Shown piece after piece: positions 1 to 10,000 of a stretch of 64,000 bases of DNA (positions within the stretch are counted from its first letter, which is position 1; the number at the start of each line of letters is the position of its first letter). The stretch comes from Macrostomum lignano (taxonomy: Eukaryota), in assembly GCA_002269645.1 (NCBI GenBank), contig NIVC01002177.1, positions 1 through 64,000 of the forward strand, read 5' to 3'. Both the position numbers and the translations under genes were made by a program. The notes under the pieces were generated by a model, which was not told where the DNA came from, did not search any database, and saw only the letters and a program-made list of their open reading frames with translations.

Positions 1-1238
1 CATTGTGCCGTCGCTATCACCAATGATCCTTCACATTGTGCCGTCGCTATCACTCACTGGTCCTTCACATGATCCATCGATCACCGCTGACCTATCCTGC
101 CTTAATTCACCGTTGATAATAGTGACGAGTTGCTGCCTTAACACAGCGCTTATGTATTAGTTTTTTCCATGGTTAATTTTTATTTTCCTAGATTCAGCAG
201 CACAAAGAATGATGGTCGCTAAGCCAATCTTGTTATTGAAATTCTGCTAGTTACTGATCCCCTCCTGGAAAGTAAAGTACATTGATTGTCGCCATTAAAC
301 CGAATTCTCAAGGCCAGTCTTTCCTTGCATGGAGTGTCTTGTGTGTTTATTCTTATTTTCCATAGCGACGAGTTTTTTTGTCCGTTGGGAGTTCTGGTTT
401 TCTTTTTCAATTTTTTACTCCCCCCTATGGTTCATTGTCTGTGCAAGCATTGCCTAATAGCAGCGATTTCATACTAACTATAAACAGTTTTGTTGACCAT
501 AATTGAATTCAAGGCCCGTATCATCTTTTACACCCAGCTTAAATCACGAGGCTTCCCTAAGAAATGAATTATTATTCTAACACGCATAAAAATTATTACT
601 TCTAATTGCAATTCACAGATGCTTTTCTCTCCGACTTGTCTATACTATAGGCTTATGCTGATCAATGCGCGTAGAAAATAAACGTATGTTCGTTAGTGCT
701 CACCCTCTGTCTCTAGGAGAGCAGCTTAATCTCACGGACCGGTTAAAGTAAATAAGCTTGTACTAGTTTATGTTGATGTCAAATATGATTTATGAAACTA
801 TAATGAGCCGCCATAGATATATATATTCCTTGTTACACCCCTTAACGCACTTCATATTTCTGATCATAGCCCTGTGGCGTGTTCTCTGCATTGATTCTAT
901 ATTTCTATATCTCTATTTAAACGCGTGTTTTGATATGCAAAAAAGTACAAACTGCACTCTAGCTACACTCGGTACTGTGTGAAATTAATTCGCTTTTCTT
1001 CTTTATTTGAATATTCTTTTAAGCATCGCATAGATATGCAATTAACAGCGCGTGACACAGATGTTATTTTTTTATTGCCTTGCTTATTTGCACCGAGTAA
1101 TGTGCATGTATGGGTTGGACACCATAGATTTGATTTGAATCTGTGACTACAATTCATAATTCATAGTTGGCATCTTTTCAGAGTTTTGACCATATACTTT
1201 GCAGACAAGCCAGTGAGGGGGCGTTTCTCGAAACTCAC

Positions 1239-4200
1239 TTTAACTTGGGTGTACTCGTAGACCTAAGTTGGAGAAGGCCTTGTAACAAGCCCAGAATATC
1301 GCACCGTGGCCTAGACATTTAAGCACTCAAGACCGACTATTGAACCCCTCAATATAAAAACTTAGTCAATAACCTGCAGTGACTTTAAAGTTGTTGAACT
1401 TCTACTTACATGTACTCGTATAGGCTGCTGGAAAGGCTCGCAAGCCGACTCTTCCGTCGGAACTCTGCTGCAGCATCGTAAAAGTACACAGAAAGTTGTT
1501 TCTCTAACGCTTCGTAAGTCTATGGCCAATAGTACAGACAATTGATATTCTCTATTCTAAAGTCAATTAGCACGGATATTAGCCAGAGTGCTTGCTCGCT
1601 TGAGGTTCTCACGTCACGTATGACCGGATTTTTTAAGCAACTAAAAAACATGAGCAACAAACTGTATGCTCATGTAAATGATTTATGCATCGAGGCCGAC
1701 AGGATATCTAAAGAGTTACTCCACAGGTATAGTCTCCCAAATGGCTTAGTAGTCAGGCGAAAAAAATCATTTAAAAGTCATCAAAATATTTTATTGTTAT
1801 AATATACGCTCCGTATAACTTGCAAGCGAGCATAAAAAACAATGATGAAATAGTTAGGTAATAAATACCAGGAAAAAGCCTTCAAAATTTAATTTTAAGG
1901 TAGTTATGTTGACCTCTGTCGAAAATAGACATGCATATAGTAAAATCAGGAGTACAAGCAAACACACCTTTACAAACACTAATAATGCTAGTATTAAGTA
2001 CAACACGCGATAGCAATTTTAATAAAAGTAAATAATATCGAGATTCAAACACAGCAAAGTATAGGCAATCAAAAACTGTATATGGAATGCAATCGAATTG
2101 AAGCTAAAACACGGGAGTTAATTTTCGTTGCTGAAACAATTATTAAAAGTCAGAAGAGAAAATTAGTTGACTGCACGATGGGTCGGGCAAGTTTCTGGAT
2201 TGTGAACTTTAGCCACAGCTGTTCTGTTGAATTGAATCGGTTTTTTGAAATTTAAAATGTTCAATAAAGAAAGCTGTGCAAGGAGTTGTGACTAAAAATA
2301 GGAAATTCCTGTCGTACAGAATCCGGCAACATTTGCAACACCCCTGGTATATAAAGTAGTAGTATAGTAGAAAGCAAGCAGGTCTTGGTGAAGTGAAATT
2401 GTGCGCATGCATGCATTGGAATGCAAAGGCTTAGAAATGGCTCAGCAATGGCAATGAGTCTGATAGTAACTAGATTATGTGCCACTGACTAAGATTTAAA
2501 ATTCGTTTCTCCCTCGTCTCTCCCTCATGGCCTTTTAGTTAAGCTATATTGAGGCTTAGGTTTTATTTGGTTTTAGAACGGAAAAATGCCGTTATATCAT
2601 CTACGACACATACTACTAATTCAACAGGATATTATCTAGCCCAATGGAGGGGACGTAGCCTATGATCTAGCGCGACGCTCTGATGTGCCAGCGGCCCAGG
2701 CTCGATTCCAAATACAGTCACATTAATTTGCAATCATTGCCCTCGAGGGCCAACCGCAGGGCACAGTAAAAAAAGTTAGGGCCGCTGCACACTCCTGTGT
2801 GAGTGTGTGCCTGTGCGTATGACTGCGTACGTATCCGCGCGCTTGTGTGCCTGCTCAGGGGAGTCGGTGGAATGGGTGGGGGACAATGTCGCTTAAAGTG
2901 CGCCAGGGTGCACACAGCCACCAGCCTCGAATAAAAATAATAAAATCTTACCCACTTTATTCTACTTATATATATTCTTTACTTGCTACTGAATAGTAAA
3001 TAGGATGCGAAGCTGGCAATTTTAAAGTATTTTTATCCTGACTAATATTTCAACTCGATTCGCCGGTCGCTTGACTCGATTCGGCCGACTGTCCAGACGC
3101 CTGCAGCGACTGCAGCTCAAGCGCTAGGCGCTCCACCGCCGCCTCCAGATGGACATTTTTTAGCGCCATCTCTTCGGTCACATCGCGAAGATTTCGATTG
3201 GCGCCGCCTGTTGCTGGTAAGCATCGGTCAACCAGCACCGATTTCTGCGCCAGCTCGTCTGACATGGCCGAATTGGCCGCCTCAAGCAGCTGCACCCGCT
3301 CTCTGAGGTTGGCGTTGGCTTCGGTCAGCCGCTGCTGCTCCGAGGCCGCCTGTCGAAGCTGCTGCCGCTCGGATTTCAGCTCGTTTAGCTCCGACTTGAG
3401 TTCGGAAATTGAAATGCAGATAGGAAGGCGGTTAAGTTAGTGAGCTCAGACATTTTATTAGCACTAGAACTCATAACTTGCTGGTAACAACAGTTAGCCA
3501 GTCTTTGAGGGCTGTGTACACAGTGCGGGAGTCGCAATGCAAACCCCAGAACCTGTATTTCTAATGCAGCTTAATTTGCTATTTGGTCGCGCTACAGGTG
3601 CTATTTAACCGCAATTGACTCTGCTTAACTTGCAGCGCCACTGACGGCAATGCGCTAGCCCAATAAATTGGCGACCTATTCTAAAAAACAGAGATTTCCC
3701 CCTTTGGCGATGATCATAGCGAGCACTTTTGCTCTTTTCTGGTAAAAGCACACCATTCTGGACTGCTCAATGCACACTATTCTGGACTGCTCAATGCACA
3801 CTATTCAGGACTGCTCAATGCACACTATTCAGGACTGCTCAATGCACACTATTCAGGACTGCTCAATGCACACTATTCAGGACTGTTCAATGCACACTAT
3901 TCTGGACTGCTCAATGCACACTATTCAGGACTGTTCAATGCACACCATTCTGGACTGCTCAATGCACACTATTCTGGACTGCTCAATGCACACTATTCAG
4001 GACTGTTCATTGTTCAATGCACACCATTCTGGACTGCTCAATGCACACTATTCTGGACTGCTCAATGCACACTATTCAGGACTGCTCAATGCACACTATT
4101 CTGGACTGCTCAATGCACACTATTCTGGACTGCTCAATGCACACTATTCTGGACTGCTCAATCAATGCACATCATTCTGGACTGCTCAATGCACACTATT

Positions 4201-4800
4201 CGGGACTGCTCAATGCACACTATTCGGGACTGCTCAATACACACCCTTCTGGACTGCTCAATCAATGCACGTCATTCTGGACTACTCAATGCACACTATT
4301 CGGGACTGCTCAATGCACACTATTCGGGACTGCTCAATACACACCACCGATCTGCCCACCTGTAGCGACTCGGCCCGCTGCTGCCAGAACTCCCTCTCGG
4401 AATCTTCGCCAGCCTGGGTACCGCCAGATCTGTAGGCCTCAAGCTGAGCTTGCAGTCTCTCGTTCTCAGTCAGCAGAGCATCAAATTCCGTCATTAAAGC
4501 GTCGTATTGATCGCGAAAATCATCCTCAGCATTGACGGCTCGACAGCGCAGGCGTTCATTGTCAGCTAGCAGGCTGTCCAGCTGGCCGGCCCGTTGGCTG
4601 CGCGCCAGTACGGCTGTAACGCGGCTCAGTTCGCGTTCCATCTCGCCAGCCCGCTGACGCTGATCGAATAGTTCACCGCTAGCTCTGGCCAGGGCGGCGC
4701 GAGTGTCGGCTAATTGGCGCCGGAGCTGGCTGACTGATGCGGCACTGGCGGTGGTATCCAAGCCAGAGGCTGGGGAGGCCGGACTGCCACTACTGCCCAT
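1239..4800 (-). CDS. Uncharacterised coiled-coil protein (multi-exon; ends uncertain)
   Basis: Exon 4800-4360 (MGSSGS...VSQLRRQLADTRAALARASGELFDQRQRAGEMERELSRV...ESLQ) ends at CAG|GTGGGC. Exon 3394-3055 (SELNELKSERQQLRQAASEQQRLTEANANLRERVQLLEAAN...) continues in phase 0 and is heptad-rich. Tentative further exons 1467-1410 and 1310-1239 have GTAAGT/GTGAGT donors and compatible phases. No family recognised; the first two exons are much more secure than the rest. Confidence 0.55.
2650..2945 (+). mobile_element. tRNA-derived SINE, copy 1
   Basis: Degenerate A box (GTAGCCTATGA) and B-box-like GGCTCGATTCC, a body nearly identical to 27917-28275 (GAGGGCCAACC...CACTCCTGTGTGAGTGTGTGCCTGTGCGTATG...TTAAAGTGCGCCAGGGTGCACAC) and an A-rich tail (AATAAAAATAATAAAA). 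Confidence 0.75.
3749..4344. repeat. 24-bp minisatellite (CTGGACTGCTCAATGCACACTATT), about 25 copies, intronic
   Basis: Direct tandem periodicity; it produces the spurious MHTILDCS-type ORFs. Confidence 0.95.
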
Positions 4801-5785
4801 ATTGTAGTGCGACAGGACTGCGTCTGATGTCTGGGCAAGGAGTGGCCTCTGGCTGGCAATAGCGAGGGAGAATGCAGAGTCATGTAGCTATTCAACTGAA
4901 CTGAACCTTTGAACTGAAGACTTTTAGTGCCATTTTCAATAAGTACAGCCAGTACATGATGATTCAGGCAATAGAGTTAAAAGCATAATGATAAATCGAT
5001 AATTGATTGCCAGATTAATTTTCATAGACCCAATAGTATCTAGTAGAGTGGCTTAACCCAAAGGCCTAGAACAAGTGATGAGATAGTTCTTAGCTGTTTT
5101 TAAAATGTTTTCCTAAAATTCTATCTAATTATTACTATTAAACAAATAATAAGTTGCTAGTTTTTAGTAAGCCTAGGCCTATATAAGGCTTACTTTTTTA
5201 ACATTTATAGTTATAATTACAACAAAAAACTTCTAATAGCATTTACAAATTTGCAATAGCATTTTTAAATTTATTTTATTATTATTTAAGTATCTGTAAT
5301 TATAAATTTATGAACATTAATTTTCTATCCCAAAACCAGTGGCTAATAAATAACAGCTTTGATCCAACTCGTCATAACTTTTACTCTTTGCTTACTAGCC
5401 CTCACAAAGCTAAGCCCAAGCTACAGCTTTGCAACAAATTGTATTAACTAAGAAAAATTGACTGCTAGTTTTAAGATCCCTTAATTAACTAATTTTAAAG
5501 TAAATTTGTTTAAATACAATATATTTAATCTTGACTTACATTATATTAATTATTATACTTTCACTATGCTTTTACTTAATGTATTAAAAATAATGGCATT
5601 CCTTTGGTTTACGATCATTTTTCCACCCACATTTCAGTTCACGATCCCCATGTAATTTTTCATATAAATGATCATAGCTTGCTTGAAATAAACAAAAATT
5701 GTTAAACTGAGCTTATTCGTTACATTAGAAAAAACTGAACGGAATAGCCGACAAATGGTTTCTTTAATGGCATTGCAATGACGAG

Positions 5786-6339
5786 GATCCTATATATCCA
5801 CTTTGGTTTACGATCATTTAAATGGAAGCAATACATGTAAATGATCGTGAACCGAAGCTAGCGTATGTGTGTAAGGGGGTTTTGGTGTTTTACAAGCTCT
5901 ATCTAAAATCAATCACTATCTCAATACATGGCTAGCTTTGGTTCACGATCATTTACATGTATTTCTTCAATTTAAATGATTGTGAACTGAAGCTGAGGGG
6001 GGTGTCGAAGACATATGTAGTCATATATTTATTTGTTGGCTTGTTGGCGATTGAAATGTTATCTTGAGTTAACGTGCGCTCCCAAGTAACTTGATGCTTT
6101 ATTATTCTCTGCACACTGCCACCCCCCCTCAGCTTTGGTTTATGATCATTTAGATGTAAGCAATACATGTAAATGATCGTGAACTGAAGCTAGCCATGTA
6201 TTGAGATAGTGATCGATTTCAGATAGAGCTTGTAAAACACTAAAACCCCTTTACACACATACGCTAGCTTCGGTTCACAATCATTTACATGTATCTCTTC
6301 CATTTAAATGATCGCAAACCAAAGTGGATATATAGGATC
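5786..6339. repeat. Foldback / long inverted repeat: about 218-bp arms and 115-bp spacer, each arm built from internal palindromes
   Basis: 5786-6004 is the near-perfect reverse complement of 6120-6339 (GATCCTATATATCCACTTTGGTTT... / ...AAACCAAAGTGGATATATAGGATC; GCTGAGGGGGGTG / CACCCCCCCTCAGC). Confidence 0.9.
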
Positions 6340-6859
6340 ATCTTTGAATTCTTGGAACTGTGAAATGGATCACTATAACCCCTTTACCTTCTTTTTTCAT
6401 TTGAACATGCAGCTAGTGTTATGATGGATAAATAAAAAGGATTGGAGTGCTTGTCTACTGATTTTTTTGCATTTTGATGAAATAGACAACAATTTTGTAT
6501 CTTCCCTATCTCTCCAATGGGGATCGTCACTAATTTCAATGATTGTAAAACGAAGGAATGCCAAAATAATTAAATCTATCAAAAAATCTCTACTATTAAA
6601 TACTGATATCAATGTAACTGACAAAATTTGAAATTATATTTGACATATCTTTAAGATTGAGAAACATTATTTTAGGGCCAAAATATTAAAAAAACCTAGT
6701 TTAATTGTGCTAGAAAGTAGAAATTTTTTTAAGGTTATTTTTAGGTTTGTTTAAAGATAATAAAATAATAATTTGAACTATTATAATCAAAATAGCTAAT
6801 AAAACTGGTAAGATTTCTTATTCTAGAAGAAAATTTACTACAATTCTAGCTTATTTAGT

Positions 6860-7052
6860 TGTAAGACCATGGGTTGAATTGCAGTGACGAACAAAACGTG
6901 AGGAGACTTCTCTGGCTAACGCCAATATATTTAATGCCAAAGTTGGGGTGGGTGTAACCACCCTAAGCACGCACACGCTGCAGCGCTAAACCCCAACCCC
7001 CAAAACCAGACGTGCACATCTAAGTGCACGCGCACCAACAAGCCAGACTACA
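6860..7052 (-). repeat. 3' LTR
   Basis: TGTAAGACC...CAGACTACA, matches 11606-11798 at 189/193 by eye. Confidence 0.96.
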
Positions 7053-7065
7053 CTACTTTCCCCCT
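7053..7065 (-). promoter_or_regulatory. Polypurine tract (AGGGGGAAAGTAG)
   Basis: Purine run immediately 5' of the 3' LTR on the element strand. Confidence 0.85.
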
Positions 7066-7088
7066 AGAAGCAAAAGACAGTTCCAGAG

Positions 7089-10000
7089 TCAAGCAAAGCC
7101 CGCCATGTATAAGTCAGGTGGCCGCCGCTCTCTCGCCGACCGCCGGGGAACCGTGACCGGCTCGGCCGGTGCCGCCGGCTGCTCCTCGGGTGCATCGTCT
7201 GCCTGCAGCTCGGGCCAGAAGGTCACCGCGTCGCCGTCAGGATCGGCCGCCTGCCCGGGCGGCTCAGCGACGGTGCCGTCGTTGTCGGAGTCGGCGGCCG
7301 GCGGCTGGTGGTCTGCTGCGGCCGGAAGCTCCAGTGACGCCCGCCGCTGCACGAAGCGCTTGAGGCGGTCGTGGTGCACCACCAGCCGGCGCCTGCGGCC
7401 GGTCTCGTCCTGGATGCGGTAATTGACCTCGCCCAGGCGCCTCAGGACTCGGTACGGCCCCTTCCACTTGGCGCTCAGGCACCGCGTCTGGCCGCGCTTG
7501 ATGACGGAGTTGCGCAGCATCACGAGCTGGCCCTCTTCGAACGGCACGAACCGAGAGTCCTGGTTGGCCAGCCGGTTGCGCTCGACCTGGGCGCTCCGCA
7601 GTCGGCCGTGCACTGTGTCGAAAGCGCTCTGCAGGTTCTCCTGAGTCCGCCGCAGGAAGCCGTGATGTCCACCGTCGGCTGCCGGCCGGTCGCCGCTTAT
7701 CAGCCAGCTTTCGAGAGCCAGCCTCGGTGGCCAGCCGTGGAGGACCTGGTACGGACTGAGGCCGGTGGTGCTGTGCACGGAGGTGTTGTAGGCCCAGGTC
7801 ACATATGGCAGCTTGCTGTCCCAATCCTGCTGGTTCTCGGCCACCGTCGTCGCCAGCATATCGCCGAGCGTCCGGTTGCCTCGCTCGACGATTCCGTTGC
7901 CGCTCGGATGAAACGGCGACGTGCGCGTCTTTTCAACGCCCAGCTGCTCGCAGAGCCGGCCGAACACCTCGCTCTCGAATTGCCGTCCCTGGTCACTGTG
8001 CAGCACCTGAGGAGCGCCGTGACGCAGAACCACCGACTTGAGCAGCGCCTCCGCCACCGTCACCGCGTCGATCGCCGCCAGGGCTGCCGTCTCCATCCAC
8101 TTGGAAAAGGCGTCGCACATGCTCAGGATGTACGCCTTGCCATCAGTCGTACGCGGAAGCGGCCCTTTGATGTCAATCTGCACCAGCTGCCACGGAGCCG
8201 TCGGCTGGCACGTCGACTGTAGCGGCGCCTTCTGCGGCTTGGTTGGACTCTTCTTGGCCAGGCAGACCGCGCAGCTGGCCACCCAGTTCTCGACGTCCCG
8301 TCGCAGACCAGGCCACCAGCAGCGCTCAGACAATCTCGCTCCGGTCCTGTCGACGCCGAGGTGTCCGCTCTGGTCGCACGAGTGCGCCTGCTGCAGAAAA
8401 TGCGGCCGCAGGTGACCGGGAATGACTGGCCGGCCACCCACCAGCAGGACACCCGCCGAGCTCACCGAGGCCTCGTCCAGCAGCTCGCGAACCTGCGCCG
8501 CCCATGAATCGGACAGGCTGTCAATCCCGTCGGTCAGCGCCTGGAACACCTTGCTCAGCAGCGGGTCTTGCAGTTGCTCCTCGTGCAGGCGGCTGTCGTC
8601 CCACCGAGGCTGCAGGCGCGTGCCGGCCACCCGGCTCAGCGCATCCGGCACGACGTTGTCCCTGCCAGGCCGGTACAGCAGCTCGAACGAAAACTGCTGC
8701 AGCGTAGAAAGCCATCGCGCCAGCCGACCTTCGGGGTCCTTCGTTGTCAGCAGACCTTGCAGTGGCCGGTAGTCCGAGTAGACTCTGAAGCTCGGGACAC
8801 TCAGCAGGTACGTCCTGAAGTGCTTCAGACTCCAGACCAGCGCCAGCAGCTCGCGGTCGGTCGCCGAGTAGTTGCGCTCGGCCTTGTTGAGGGTGCGAGA
8901 GGCGAACGCCACAGGCAGCTCGGCGTCACCGTGCAGCTGGCTGAGCACCGCGCCGACGGCGAACTGACTGCTGTCGCAGCTGAGCACGAACTGCTTGGTA
9001 AAATCCGGCAGCCTCAGCACCGGAGCCGTCGTCAGTCGGTCCTTCAACTCGTGGAACGCTCGCTCGCAGTCGCTGCTCCACGCGAAGTCCCTCGATTTCA
9101 CGCTGACGTCGTGCAGGACCCTCGCCGTCTGGCTGAAGCCTGGGATGAACCGACGGTAGAACCCCAGCATTCCAAGAAACCGCTTCACCTCCTCGGTCGT
9201 CGTTGGGCTGGGCATGCTGCGAATGGCCTCGACCTTGCCGGGATCCGGTGCGATGCCCTGCTCGCTGATCAGGTGTCCCAGGTACAGCACCCGGCGATGG
9301 CCGAACGCGCTCTTGGCCTTATGCAGCTTGAGTCCCGCGTCTCGCAACCGCTTAAAAACTTCCGCCAGCCTCTCTAAGTGCTCGTCGAACGTCCTGCTGA
9401 AGACAATGATGTCGTCGATATAAGTCAGCACGGACTCCCAGGACAGGCCGGACATCACCAGTTCCATGAGCCGCTGGAACGTCGCCGGGGCATTGCACAT
9501 CCCGAAGCCCATCTTGCAGAACTGCATCAGGCCGCGCGTCGAATAGAAAGCCGTCTTGTACCGGTCCTCCTCCGCCACCTCCACCTGGTGGTAGCCCTGC
9601 CGGCAGTCGATGGTGGAGAACCAGGAGCATCCGACAAGCGCATCCATGGCCTGCTGCAGGTGCGGCAGCGGGTACGCATCCTTGACCGTGCAGGCGTTGA
9701 GCTGCCGCCAGTCCGTGCACAGTCTGATGTCGCCGTTCTTCTTGCGGACCACCAGCAGGTTGCTGGCCCATGGCGATGTCGACGGCTCGATGATGCCGCT
9801 TTCCAGCATCTGGCCGATCTTCTTGTCCACCTGGTCTCGCACAGACAGCGGCAGCCGGCGCTGGACCTGCCGGTGTGGCCGCGCTCCCGGCTCCAGCTCG
9901 ATCTGGTGCTGCAGCAACGCCGTCGTGCCCAGGTCGTACTCGTGCCTGGCGAACAGGTCCTCGTTGCTCTCCAGCAGCTGTCGCAGCCTCGCAGCATCCG

